Both the position numbers and the translations under genes were made by a program. Shown piece by piece: positions 49,536 through 63,972 of a DNA stretch of 64,000 nucleotides. Each line of letters begins with the position of its first letter. The stretch's first letter is position 1. The notes under the pieces are model-generated. The model saw only the letters and a program-made list of their open reading frames with translations, ran no database searches and was not told the DNA's origin. The DNA comes from an uncultured Alphaproteobacteria bacterium (GTDB lineage Bacteria > Pseudomonadota > Alphaproteobacteria > Rhizobiales > Xanthobacteraceae): NCBI GenBank assembly GCA_963781875.1, contig CAWAHP010000008.1, positions 37,907 to 101,906 on the forward strand. The letters run 5' to 3'.

Positions 49536-50462
49536 TCAACTCTGACCGGCGGCGGCCGCGACTTCGGCGGCGAAGTCGGTTTCCTGCTTCTCGATCCCCT
49601 CGCCGAGCCCGTAGCGCACGAACCCGGTGATCTTGATCGGCGCCGCCCACTTTGCCTTCGGCTTCCTTCAGCGCCTGCGCGACGGTCTTCTTGTCGTCGA
49701 AGATAAAGGGCTGCTCGACCAGGCAGACTTCCTTGTAGAAGGTCTTAAGTCCAGACTCGACGATCTTCTCGATCACGTTTTCCGGCTTGCCCTGCTGGCG
49801 GAATTTGTCGGCCAGCACATCCTTCTCGCGCTTCACCACCGCCGGATCGAGGCTGGGCTGATCGAGCGCCTGCGGATTGGCGGAAGCGACATGCATCGCG
49901 AGCTGGCGGCCGAGCGCTCGCAAGCTCGTCCGCCTTGCCGGCCGACTCGAGCGCGACCATCACGCCGATCTTGCCGAGACCGTCGCTCACCGAATTGTGC
50001 ACATAGGCGCCGATCGCGCCCTTGCCGACCGACAGCGCGGCGGCGCGGCGCAGCGTCATGTTCTCGCCGATCTTGGCGATGGTGTCGGCGATCGACTCGG
50101 CGACCGTGATGCTGCCGGCTTTGGCGGCGTTGATCTTCTCGACGTCGGTGCCGACCGATGAGCGCCACGTCGGCGATCATCTTGACCAGGCCCTGGAACA
50201 GATCGTTGCGGGCGACGAAGTCGGTTTCCGAATTGACCTCGACCACGACGCCTTTGGTGCCCTTGACCTGCACGCCGATCAGACCTTCGGCCGCGACGCG
50301 GCCGGCCTTCTTGGCGGCCTTGGACAGGCCCTTCTTGCGCAGCCAATCCTGCGCGGCCTGCATGTCGCCTTTGGTCTCGGTGAGCGCGGCCTTGCAATCC
50401 ATCATGCCGGCGCCGGTCGACTCGCGCAGCTCCTTGACCATCTGGGCGGTGATATTTGCCAT
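49536..50462 (-). CDS. tsf: Elongation factor Ts (frameshifted)
   Basis: [37 protein letters not shown]. Confidence 0.96.
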
Positions 50463-50479
50463 CGGATTTTTCCTTGATC

Positions 50480-50510
50480 CGTCATGGCCGGGCCTGTCCC
50501 GGGCATGACG
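50480..50510. repeat. Single REP-like hairpin between rpsB and tsf
   Basis: CGTCATGGCCGGGCCTGTCCCGGGCATGACG; same family as 11357-11448. Confidence 0.7.
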
Positions 50511-50519
50511 ACGGTGTGC

Positions 50520-51525
50520 TTACTCGGCCTCCGCCGTCAGTTCTTTGGCCTTCGCGATCCAGCCGTCGACGCGGCCGGGCAAGTCCGACTTCTTCGCCGA
50601 TATTGTGCGCGGCCTTGTCGTTGAGCTCGGCGATCTGCGAGAAATGGAAGATGCCGAGATCGTTGAGCTGCTTCTCGATCGCCGGCGACACGCCGGGCAG
50701 CTTCTTGAGATCGTCGGCGACGCCGCGCGGACCCGGCAGCGGCTCGAAGCCGAGATCGCCGGCGGCCGGCGCGGTCGGCACCGACTCCACGATCGGCTTT
50801 TCGGCGGCGCCGAGGTCGACGCCGTGTTCGCCTTGCGCGCGCGAAATGCCGTCGAGCACCGCGCGCGCGATCAGGTCGCAATAGAGCGTCACCGCGCGGG
50901 CGGCGTCGTCGTTGCCGGGCACGGCAAAGGTGATGCCGGCCGGATCGCAATTGGTGTCGACGATGGCGGCGACCGGAATGTTGAGCCGGCGCGCTTCCTT
51001 GATCGCGATGTCTTCCTTGTTGGTGTCGATCACGAACAGCAGGTCGGGCACGCCGCCCATGTCCTTGATGCCGCCGAGCGAGCGGTCGAGCTTGTCGCGC
51101 TCGCGCTGCATGGTGAGGCGCTCTTTCTTGGTGTAGCCGCCGGTCTCGCCGGAGGAGAGCATCTCGTCGAGCTTGCGCAGGCGCGAGATCGAGCCGGAAA
51201 TCGTCTTCCAGTTGGTCAGCGTGCCGCCGAGCCAGCGCGAATTGACGTAATACTGCGCCGACTGCTTGGCCGCCGCGGCGATGGCGTCCTGCGCCTGCCG
51301 CTTGGTGCCGACGAACAGGATGCGGCCGCCCTTGGCGACGGTGTCGCTCACCGCCTGCAGCGCGCGATGCAGCATCGGCACGGTCTGGGCGAGATCGACG
51401 ATATGAATGTTGTTGCGGGTGCCGAAGATGTATTGACCCATCTTCGGGTTCCAGCGGTGGGCCTGATGGCCGAAGTGCACGCCAGCTTCCAACAGCTGAC
51501 GCATGGTGAAGTCAGGAAGCGCCAT
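50520..51525 (-). CDS. rpsB: 30S ribosomal protein S2 with C-terminal HhH-like extension
   Basis: [31 protein letters not shown]; C-terminal [25 protein letters not shown]. Confidence 0.97.
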
Positions 51526-51527
51526 AA

Positions 51528-51635
51528 TCTTCTCCGGTTGATCCGCCGCGGACGCGTGTGAGCCCCGTGAAGGGACCACCGGAAGGCCTTTTTGACCCAT
51601 TGTCGGGGCCTAAAGCCAAGCGTCCGCGTGAGTGA
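51528..51635 (-). promoter_or_regulatory. Structured rpsB 5' leader (putative S2 autoregulatory RNA)
   Basis: Long-range pairing CGCGGACGC...GCGTCCGCG closes the leader; TATAAG -10-like element just upstream. Confidence 0.5.
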
Positions 51636-51722
51636 TGCGCGGCTTATATAGGCGCGATTTGGGCGATGCAAGGCGGCCGCGACCACCCGTGGGCTGCCCT
51701 TGCAGGACGAATGGTCCGGGGT

Positions 51723-52799
51723 TCAGACCCGGAAATACTGCGAGTACCGCCGCTTGATCTCTTCGCCTTGCGCCTCGACCGCGGCGGGATCGTCCTTCCA
51801 GACCTTGATCGCCGACAGCGGCGTGCGGCCGGGCTTGTCCTTCACCTGCGCATGCAGCGAGCGCAGGCCGCCGCCATCGACGAACAATTGCTGCGCCTCG
51901 GGCGTGAACAGATAGTTCTGGAACAGCCGCGCGGCGTTGGGATGGGGCGCGGCGGCAAAGATCGCCGACGGCTGCACGATCGACGGCGTGCCTTCGGCGG
52001 CATAGACCACCTCGATCGGCTTGCCGGCTTCCTTCAGCAGCAGCACATTGGATTCGTTGCCGTCGGCCATGACCGGGCGTTCGCCGAGCACGATTTTCTT
52101 CGGCGTGTCGGTGGCCGACTGCACCTGCAGCACACTGCTGCTTGGACAGCTTTTCCAGATAGGGCCAGCCGAGTTCGCGCACCATCTGATAGGTCGAGGT
52201 CATGATGGTGCCGCTGTAGCTCGGATGCGCCTTGACGATTTTGCCTTTCCATTTCGGATCGAGCAGATCGGCGAAGCTGGTCGGCGCGTCCGCGCGTTTC
52301 ACGAGTTCGGTATTGTAGCCGATCACGCACAGCGAGGAGCGCACCGTTGCGTAGAGCCCGTCCGGATCGCGATGCTCGGCCGGAATATGGCGCGCGACAT
52401 CCTCAGGGACATAAGGCGCCAGCAATCCCTGCCGCTTCCAGGCCAGGAATTGCGCGGCGTCGCCGGTGCTGACCGCGTCGGCGGTGTGAATGCCGACGGC
52501 ATATTCCTGCGCCACGCGGCGTGAAGATGCGCTCGCCGCCGGCGCGCTCGACGCGCGCGGTGATGCCGGGAAATTTCTGCTCGAAGGCTTTGCCGACCGG
52601 TTTGCGCCAGCTGCAGGTCGGCCGAGGTGTACCAGACCACCAGGCCTTCCTTTTTTGCCGCGACGATCAGCGCGGGCGTGATCGTTTCCGGCGGCGACGA
52701 ACTTGCGCGCACGTGCGTCGCAAATGCGCTCAGCGGAAGCGCGGCGGCAGTTTTGAGAATGTCGCGGCGTGACGGCGCGTAGACTTTCGCATGCGGCAA
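51723..52799 (-). CDS. Tat-exported ABC substrate-binding protein, AfuA/Fe3+-like (frameshifted)
   Basis: SRRDILK Tat motif, AAKKEG.VVWYTS, DLLDPKWKG, APHPNAARLF. Confidence 0.8.
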
Positions 52800-52805
52800 A
52801 GCCTA

Positions 52806-56261
<3,456 letters not shown>

Positions 56262-56390
56262 ATCTGCTCGTAGGTTGGGTGATTCTTGTGTCTCAGCCAG
56301 AGTGGGGACGATAGCCGCTCAAGTCCACCGCCAAGGCCGCGCGCCTGCCCGCTATGCCGGTTTTACACAGGGCTCCGCCCCGCCTTTTCC

Positions 56391-56441
56391 CGTCATGCCC
56401 GGCCTCAGGCGCAAAAAGGCGCCCTTAGCCCGGCTATGACG
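56391..56441. repeat. REP-like hairpin between the microprotein gene and dnaE
   Basis: CGTCATGCCCGG...CCGGCTATGACG with inner GGCGC-AAAAAG-GCGCC hairpin. Confidence 0.65.
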
Positions 56442-56473
56442 ACGCGGGTACGCAACTGACGACGCGGCACAAC

Positions 56474-56572
56474 TCAGAGATTACTGAACACCTGCGACCA
56501 GATGGCGATCATGCCGACGAACAGCGCGAGCGAGGCAAGCGCGGCGGCTTCTTGGATGACAGCTTTGAACAT
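56474..56572 (-). CDS. 32-aa LexA-controlled membrane microprotein (SidA-like candidate)
   Basis: MFKAVIQEAAALASLALFVGMIAIWSQVFSNL*; GGGGAG RBS; single hydrophobic helix; two LexA boxes immediately upstream; below the ORF-track size cutoff. Confidence 0.75.
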   Translation of the reverse strand: MFKAVIQEAAALASLALFVGMIAIWSQVFSNL

Positions 56573-56587
56573 GGAATCTCTCCCCTA

Positions 56588-56629
56588 GAACGGACAGAGA
56601 ACATAGTTCATGTTATGTTCTGAAGTCAA
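56588..56629 (-). promoter_or_regulatory. SOS promoter with two perfect alpha LexA boxes and a TTGACT -35
   Basis: GAAC-GGACAGA-GAAC (56588-56602), GTTC-ATGTTAT-GTTC (56606-56620); minus-strand TTGACT at 56629-56624. Confidence 0.85.
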
Positions 56630-56717
56630 GGCATGATCAACCGATTCGCGGAATAACCGCTTGTGATATAATATCGTGCAATTAGAATAGTTTATGGTCG
56701 TTTTTAAACGTGCCGTC

Positions 56718-57449
56718 TCATTCCAACTCCACCACCAACCCCTCCCGCAACGTCACCCGCCGGTCCATGCGGGCGGCGAGCTCCATGTTGTGGGTGGCGA
56801 TGATGGTGGCGAGCCCCGAGGCGCGCACCAGCTGGTCGAGCGCGCCGAACACGTGATCGGCGGTGTGCAGGTCGAGATTTCCGGTCGGCTCGTCGGCCAG
56901 CAAAATCCGCGGCGCATTGGCGACCGCGCGCGCAATCGCCACGCGCTGCTGCTCGCCGCCGGAGAGTTCCGTCGGCCGGTGATTGAGCCGCTCGCTCAGG
57001 CCCAGATAGTCGAGCAGCTCGGTCGCGCGTTCACGCGCCTCGGATTTCGACAGGCCGCGGATCATCTGCGGCAGCAGCACGTTCTCCAGCGCGGTGAATT
57101 CCGGCAGCAGATGGTGCGACTGATAGACGAAGCCGATCTCGTTGCGGCGGATGCGGGTGCGCTCGTGATCGGGCAGGGTCGCGGTCGCGCGTCCGTCGAT
57201 ATAGACGTCGCCCTGGTCGGGATGCTCGAGCAGGCCGGCGATGTGCAGCAGCGTCGATTTGCCGGCGCCGGACGGCGCCACCAGCGCCACCGACTGCCCA
57301 GGCCAGATCGCGAGCTCGGCGCCGTTGAGGATGTGCAGCGTCGCGTCGCCCTGCTGGTAGTGGCGCTCGACATCCTGCAGGAACAGGATCGGGACGTCCT
57401 CTGCCGGCTGCGCCACCTCCACGCTCACGCCGGTGATGATGTCACTCAT
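56718..57449 (-). CDS. lolD: Lipoprotein-releasing ABC ATPase LolD
   Basis: [39 protein letters not shown]. Confidence 0.93.
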   Translation of the reverse strand: MSDIITGVSVEVAQPAEDVPILFLQDVERHYQQGDATLHILNGAELAIWPGQSVALVAPSGAGKSTLLHIAGLLEHPDQGDVYIDGRATATLPDHERTRIRRNEIGFVYQSHHLLPEFTALENVLLPQMIRGLSKSEARERATELLDYLGLSERLNHRPTELSGGEQQRVAIARAVANAPRILLADEPTGNLDLHTADHVFGALDQLVRASGLATIIATHNMELAARMDRRVTLREGLVVELE

Positions 57450-58710
57450 AGCGCAGCGCCTCCACCGGATCGAGGCGCGCCGCGCGCCAGGACGGATAGA
57501 GCGTCGCCAACAGCGACAGGGTAAGCGCCATCACCACCACCGCGATGGTCTCGATCGAGTCCATGTCGGCGGGCAGATGCGAGAGGAAATAGAGCTCCGG
57601 CGAGAACAATTCGGTGCTGGTGAGCCACGACATGAATTGCCGGATGTTCTCGATATTGAGGCAGATCACCACGCCGAGCAGGAAGCCGACCATGGTGCCG
57701 ACCACGCCGATAGCCGCGCCGGTGATCAGGAACACGCGCATGATCGCGCCTTGGGTCGCGCCCATGGTGCGCAAGATCGCGATGTCCTGGCCTTTGTCCT
57801 TCACCAGCATGATCAGGCCGGACACGATGTTGAGCGCGGCCACCAGCACGATCAGGGTCAGGATCATGAACATCACGTTGCGCTCGACCTGCAGCGCGTT
57901 GAAGAAGGTGGCGTTGCGCTGGCGCCAGTCGATCATAAAGATCGGCCGATTGGCGGCGTCGGTCACCGGCTTGCGGTAACTGTCGACGCGGTCGGGATTG
58001 TCGGTATAGACCTCGATGGCGGTGACATCGCCGGCGCGATTGAAATAGGCCTGCGCCTCCTTCAGCGGCATGAATACGATGGCGGAATCGTATTCCGACA
58101 TGCCGATCTCGAACACGGCCGCGACCTTGTAGACCTTGATGCGCGGCGTGGTGCCCATCGGCGTCACCGCGCCGCGCGGCGCCACCAGCGTGATGTTGTC
58201 GCCGGAGTGCAGCGAGAGCTGATCGGCAAGCCGGCGCCCGATCGCAACGCCCTGCCCTTCGTCAAAGCCGTTGAGCGTGCCCTGCTTGATGTTGTTGGCG
58301 ATGGAGGGAAGCTTCTCCAGATCCATCAGCCTGATGCCGCGCACCAGCACGCCGCCGGCATTGAACGGCGAGGACGCCAGCGCCTGGCCTTCGACGATCG
58401 GGGCTGCGAGCCGGATGCCTTTGACGCCGGCGATGCGCGCGGCCACCTCCTCCCAATCGGTCAGCGGCTTTTCCAGCGGCTGGATCAGCAGGTGGCCGTT
58501 GAGGCCGAGGATCTTGTCGAGCAGCTCCTTGCGGAAGCCGTTCATCACCGCCATCACGATGATGAGCGTGGCGACGCCGAGCATGATGCCGAGGAAGGAG
58601 AACCCGGCGATCACCGAGATGAATCCTTCCTTGCGCCGCGCCCGCAGGTAGCGCAGCGACAGCATCCATTCGAACGGCGAGAAGGGCCGCGTCCCGTTGG
58701 GCTCGGTCAT
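57442..58710 (-). CDS. lolE: Lipoprotein-releasing ABC permease LolC/E
   Basis: [47 protein letters not shown]. Confidence 0.93.
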   Translation of the reverse strand: MTEPNGTRPFSPFEWMLSLRYLRARRKEGFISVIAGFSFLGIMLGVATLIIVMAVMNGFRKELLDKILGLNGHLLIQPLEKPLTDWEEVAARIAGVKGIRLAAPIVEGQALASSPFNAGGVLVRGIRLMDLEKLPSIANNIKQGTLNGFDEGQGVAIGRRLADQLSLHSGDNITLVAPRGAVTPMGTTPRIKVYKVAAVFEIGMSEYDSAIVFMPLKEAQAYFNRAGDVTAIEVYTDNPDRVDSYRKPVTDAANRPIFMIDWRQRNATFFNALQVERNVMFMILTLIVLVAALNIVSGLIMLVKDKGQDIAILRTMGATQGAIMRVFLITGAAIGVVGTMVGFLLGVVICLNIENIRQFMSWLTSTELFSPELYFLSHLPADMDSIETIAVVVMALTLSLLATLYPSWRAARLDPVEALRYE

Positions 58711-58843
58711 TGAGGATGGGTTCCCGCGCCTGGATTTTCACACGATTCTGGCGGATTCATGCCACGTCTGCGAGCCAAAGTCCTTGGCAGCACACAGGAT
58801 TATTGGCTTGGGGTGCTTACCGGGGTGCGGTTTCCGCCCGCCC

Positions 58844-60170
58844 TCAGCGCGACAGCAGGTCGAGCGCCGCGGCCGGCGTCATCATCTCCCGGCTGCCGTC
58901 GGCGCGCTTCTTGACCTCGACTTTGCCTTCGGCGAGCCCGCGCGGCCCGACCAGCACCTGCCAGGGCAAGGCCGATCAGGTCGGCGGTGGCGAATTTCGC
59001 GCCGGCCCGCTCGTCGAGGTCGTGATAGAGCACGTCGACGCCCTTGGCGGTGAGATCGCGATAAAGCTGCTCGCTAGGCGCCGTCGGTCGCGGCATCGCC
59101 CTGCTTGAGGTTGAGGATCGCCACCTTGAAGGGCGCGACCGGCTCCGGCCAGATGATGCCGGCATCGTCATGCGAGGCCTCGATGATGGCCGCGACCAGC
59201 CGGCTCGGCCCGATGCCGTAGGAGCCCATGTGCACCGGCGTCTCGCCGCCCGTCGCCGGTGGCGACCACGGCCTTCATCGGCTCGGAATATTTGGTGCCG
59301 AAATAGAAGATGTGGCCGACCTCGATGCCGCGCGCCGACACCTGTTTGTCGGCCGGAACTTTGGCGAAGCCGGCGGCGTCGTGCATGTCGGAGGTCGCGG
59401 CATATTGCGACGTCCATTTGTCGACGGTTCGCTGCAGGCCGGCGACGTCGTCGAAATTCACGTCCGCGCCGGGGACGGCCATATCGAGATAGTCCTTGTG
59501 GCAGAACACTTCCGAACTCGCCGGTGCTGGCGAGGATGATGAATTCGTGGCAGAGGTTGCCGCCGATCGGTCCGGATTCGGCGCGCATCGGAATCGATTT
59601 CAGCCCCATGCGCGCGAAGGTGCGCAAGTAAGCGACGAACATCTTGTTGTAGGAATGCTGCGCGCCGGCCTGGTCGACGTCGAACGAATAGGCGTCCTTC
59701 ATCAGGAATTCACGGCCGCGCATCAGCCCGAAGCGCGGGCGCACCTCGTCGCGGAATTTCCACTGGATGTGATAGAGATTGAGCGGCAGATCCTTGTACG
59801 AGCGCACATAGGCGCGGAAGATCTCGGTGATCATCTCCTCGTTGGTCGGCCCATACAGCATGTCGCGCTCGTGCCGGTCCTTGATGCGCAGCATCTCCTT
59901 GCCATAGGCCTCGTAGCGCCCGCTCTCGCGCCACAGGTCGGCCGACTGGATGGTCGGCATCAACAGTTCGATGGCGCCGGAGCGGTTCTGCTCCTCGCGC
60001 ACGATCTGGCAGATCTTCTGCAGCACCCGGAAGCCGAGCGGCAGGAAGGCATAGATGCCGGCCGCCTCCTGCCGCATCATGCCGGCGCGCAGCATCAGCC
60101 GGTGCGAGACGATTTCCGCCTCTTTCGGCGTTTCGCGCAGGATCGGCAGGAAATAACGGGACAGGCGCAT
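58844..60170 (-). CDS. proS: Proline--tRNA ligase, short alpha type (frameshifted)
   Basis: [58 protein letters not shown]. Confidence 0.96.
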
Positions 60171-60345
60171 TGTTAGTATCTCTGAATGATCGGGCAGGCG
60201 CGGTCCCTGAGTGAAAGCGGATCGGCCACGAAAAAACAAGGGGAGCCGCCGCGATTGCCGGAATAATCGGCGGATTGCGCGAGACCCTGTGCATAGTTGC
60301 GGTTGCTGGTAGAATACAACCTTGGGTTTAGGAGGGCATTTTTAT

Positions 60346-60720
60346 ATGCACGCGGGCGTGCGGCGCAACGTTGAGCTGGGTGGCGATCTTTGCGATCGCC
60401 CTGCACACCATCCTGTGGGGTGTTGCCACGCCGCTGGCCGCCGGCCCTGCGGTCGATCCATTCTCGGTCATCTGTCATAGCGGGGCCGCACGCCGCGGAC
60501 GAGCAATCGCCGGCAAGTCCGCTTCCACGCCCGCGCAGGCTTGCGACCACTGCAATCTGTGCAGCGTCGCCGCGCCACCGGTGACGCTGGCGACGGCGTT
60601 AGCCGGTCAACTGGCGCCCGCGCGCCTGCTGCATATTTTGCGTCCGGCATCGGCCGCCACGCATGCCAGCCTGCTTAACGACGCCCAAACTCGCACCGAG
60701 GTCCTCCGTCTTTCGCCTGA
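60346..60720 (+). CDS. DUF2946-like leader protein with CxxC and C-terminal RGPP (frameshifted)
   Basis: Hydrophobic N-terminus WVAIFAIALH, ICH, CDHCNLC, and CGA GGT CCT CCG (RGPP) three codons before TGA at 60718; GGAGG RBS. Confidence 0.7.
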
Positions 60721-60780
60721 CATGAGGCCGCCTGCCGGCGGCCTTGATCCATCCATGTCTCGACGAAATCGGAGATTCCC

Positions 60781-61787
60781 ATGTCCACCCGTCTAATGTG
60801 TGCGGCCCTTTGCGGGGTTGCGGCCGCTGCTCGTACCGCTTTCAGCGGCGCGCAGCCACGAGATCGTCGGTAACCGGTTCTTTCCGGCGACGCTCGCGAT
60901 CGACGATCCCGGCGTCAACGACGAACTGGCGTTGCCGACCGTATCGAGGTTCAAAACCGGCGATGATCCATCCGTCCAGCAACCGATATATCCGGCGAAT
61001 TCTCCAAGCGGATCACCGAGGATTTCGCGGTATCTTTCGCGCCGACCTGGACCCGCCTGCATCCGCCCGGCGGCCCCAATATGACCGGCGCCAGTGGATT
61101 CCAAAACCTGGAAATCGACCTTCAAATATCGGCTGTTCAAGAATCGCCGAACATGAATTCGTCATGTCGGTTGGGCTAAACATCGAATGGGGCGGCAGCG
61201 GCGCGCAGGACGTCGGCGCCGAACGTTTCAGCACCTACACGCCGACGATCTATTTCGGTAAAGGCTTTGGCGATCTTCCCACCAGCATGAACTGGGCGCG
61301 GCCGTTCGCGATCACCGGCCAGGTCGGTTACGCGATTCCGGGAACTACCTCGCATACCGTCGCCAGCATCGACCCGGACACCGGCGACCAGACCTTCGAC
61401 ACCGAATTCCACCCGCGCGTGCTGGTCTGGGGCGGCTCACTGCAATACAGCATGCCGTATCTGAAATCCGCCGTGGTCGATCTCGGCCTGCCGGATTTCT
61501 TCAATCACCTGATCCCGATCGTGGAGGCCTCGCTGCAGACGCCGGTGTCCAACACGTTCACCTCCGGAACGGTGACGACCGGCACCATCAATCCCGGCGT
61601 GATCTGGGTCGGAAAATATTACCAAGTCGGCGTCGAAGCGATTATTCCAGTCAACCGCCAAAGCGGCACCGGTGTCGGCGCCATCGCGCAGCTGCACTTC
61701 TACCTCGACGACATCTTCCCCACCACCATCGGAAAGCCGCTATTCGGCAACGGCATCACCACAGGGAGGCCGATGTTCGGCAACTGA
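60781..61787 (+). CDS. Putative secreted/outer-membrane copper-associated protein (frameshifted)
   Basis: Signal peptide then HEIVGNRFFPATLAIDDP; alternating beta-strand patterns (YFGKGFGDL, GSLQYS, QVGVEAIIP, AQLHFYLDD); GGAGA RBS; directly upstream of copC. Confidence 0.65.
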
Positions 61788-61789
61788 CC

Positions 61790-62149
61790 ATGAAACATTT
61801 TCCTATCATCGTCGCCACGCTATCGGCATTCCTGCTCCAGGCCGCGCCCGCGCTGGCGCATGCCATGCTCGATCACGCCAGCCCGCCGGTCGGCAGTTCG
61901 GTCGCCACGGCGCCGAATGCGAATGGTGTTATGGTTCACCGAAAGATTTGGAGCCAGCCTTCAGCCAGATCGAGGTGCGCAGCGCGAGCGGTGCCGTGGT
62001 GTCGAGCGGCAAGGCCGCAGGTCAACCGCACGCAAATGCGCGTGTCGCTCAAACCGCTACCGCCGGGGACTTACAAGGTGATCTGGCGTGTTCTGTCGGT
62101 GGATACCCATCGCACCCAGGGCAACTTCACCTTCCGGGTCGGCCAATAG
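61790..62149 (+). CDS. copC: Copper-binding periplasmic protein CopC (frameshifted)
   Basis: Signal peptide ALA-H (N-terminal His), LEPAFS, YKVIWRVLSVDTH...GNFTF. Confidence 0.88.
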   Translation: MKHFPIIVATLSAFLLQAAPALAHAMLDHASPPVGSSVATAPNANGVMVHRKIWSQPSARSRCAARAVPWCRAARPQVNRTQMRVSLKPLPPGTYKVIWRVLSVDTHRTQGNFTFRVGQ

Positions 62150-62192
62150 CGGGCGTTAAGAACGGCGCACCAATGCGGATGCCGAGGTTGAA

Positions 62193-63464
62193 TTGATCGA
62201 TCCGCTCATCCTGGCGCGCAGCGTTCATTTCGCGGCGACGGTGCTGGCGGCCGGCACGGTCTTTTTTCTGGTGCTGGTGGCGGAACCCGCCGCCGGCGCG
62301 CGAAAGCCCCCGGCTTCCTTGCGTTGCGCCGCCGCTTGAACTTGGCTGATCTGGATTGCGCTCGCAGTCGCGATCCTGTCCGGCGTCGGCTGGCTGGTGC
62401 TGCTCGCGGCCGAGATCTATGGCGCGCCGATCGTCGACGTCTGCCTGCACGGCGGCGCCTGGTCGGTGCTCACCGATACCCGCTTCGGGCTGGTGTGGAG
62501 CGTCGCGCCTGGCGCTCGCGCTGCTGCTCGGCGTGCTGATGCTGTGGCCGGCGGCCCGCCTGCTGCAATTGGCCGCCGCCGCGTGCCTGATCGCCCTGCT
62601 CGCCTTGATCGGCCATGCCGGGGCGACGCCTGGGCTAGCGGGCCGCACCCACCTTGCTGGCGACATGGTGCATCTGCTGGCGGCCGGCGCCTGGCTCGGC
62701 GGCTTGCCGGCGCTCGCCATGCTGCTGGCGCATGCCTGCAGTACCCGCAAGCCGACTTGGCGCGCGTTTGCAGTCCGCGCCACCGGCCGGTTCTCGCTGC
62801 TCGGGATCGTCAGTGTCGCTGCGCTTGCTGGCGAGCGGCGTGGTCAATAGCTGGAACCTGTTGGGCAGCCCGCGCGACCTGCTGGCGACCGACTATGGCC
62901 GGCTGGTCCTGCTCAAGATCGGTCTGTTCGTCGCCATGGTCGCCATCGCGGCAGTCAACCGGTTTCACCTGACCCCGCGACTGACAGCGCCCGCAGCCAT
63001 GCGCGCGCTGCAGCGCAACAGCCTGGCCGAGACCGGCCTTGGCTTCTGCGTCGCTGCTGTTCGTCGGCGCCCTGGGCACCATGGAGCCGACCGCGCATGT
63101 CCACGTCCACTCGGCCGAGATTCCGCCCGATGCGGCCTTCGTCCATATCCACGACCTAGCGAGGCCATGGCCGATGTCACCATCGACCCCGGCCGCGCCG
63201 GACCGGCGCGCGTCAACATTCGACGTCACGCGCGAGATTCATCGATCATCGCGGCTGCCGAAATCATGGTCGTGCTCACGCTCGATCCGCCAGCAACCGG
63301 CGCGCGACCCGTATCCCGCGCCGCAACACGACATGCCCGACGGAACCTGGCAAGTGGATCGATTGGAAATTGGGCAACCGGGTATCTGGATCGTGAAACT
63401 TGACGTGACGCCTTACACCGGCGACCCCATTGTGCTCGACGCGCCGGTCGTGATCGAGCGTTGA
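62193..63464 (+). CDS. copD: Copper uptake membrane protein CopD with C-terminal soluble domain (frameshifted)
   Basis: TRFG, GHA, HLLAAGAWLGGL, RFS, TDYGRLVLLK, NRFHLTP; C-terminal HVHVH plus a YtkA/FixH-like domain (QPGIWIVKL). Confidence 0.82.
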
Positions 63465-63539
63465 TGCGGAATGCACGTGACAGCGCGCCCATGATGGACT
63501 AGCTTTGCGCGTCCGTGTGAGTGGAGGAGACTCCGGCGT

Positions 63540-63600
63540 ACAAGACCGGCTCCAACGTGCGGTCCAAGTCTTGGGAGGAAGGCAAGTCCTTGGCGCGATA
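63540..63600 (-). ncRNA. Candidate suhB/MmgR-like small RNA
   Basis: Minus strand TTCCTCCCAAGACTTGGACCG...CGGTC resembles the UUCCUCCCUAGACUU core plus terminal hairpin of that family as I recall it; boundaries approximate. Confidence 0.4.
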
Positions 63601-63657
63601 AACGCTGCCGCCTCGAGCAAAACGAAAAATTCGAGGACAGGGACAATGATATGCGAC

Positions 63658-63687
63658 GAGCAGGGCATCGCGCCCTGCTCTTTTTTT
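63658..63687 (+). terminator. Rho-independent terminator
   Basis: GAGCAGGGC-ATCGC-GCCCTGCTC followed by T7. Confidence 0.8.
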
Positions 63688-63699
63688 CGGTCGCCGCAT

Positions 63700-63972
63700 T
63701 CACCGACGCGGCGGGCCGGATATCTTCATCAGGAAATCATACGGGATCAGGCCGCGCGAATAGATTACGTAGAGAATTGCGAAAATCGTGCTGGCGACCA
63801 CCGTCGTCCAGACCAGCTTGCGCCCGACGCGATGGATCGCCGGCGCGCCCGGATCGGTGCCGGGCACGACCTCGCCCGCCTCTTCCTGATTGCGCACGCC
63901 CCAGGGCAGCACGGCGAACAGTGTCACCCACCAGATCAGGAAATAGATCGCGATGCCGGTGCTGATGCTCAT
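63700..63972 (-). CDS. DUF1467 family membrane protein
   Basis: IAIYFLIWWVTLFAVLPWGVR.Q.E...VPGTDPGAP...KLVWTT. Confidence 0.88.
   Translation of the reverse strand: MSISTGIAIYFLIWWVTLFAVLPWGVRNQEEAGEVVPGTDPGAPAIHRVGRKLVWTTVVASTIFAILYVIYSRGLIPYDFLMKISGPPRR

Noticed and set aside
50520-50760. C-terminal HhH-like extension on ribosomal protein S2 as a novelty
   Set aside because: This extension is familiar from related Hyphomicrobiales S2 proteins.
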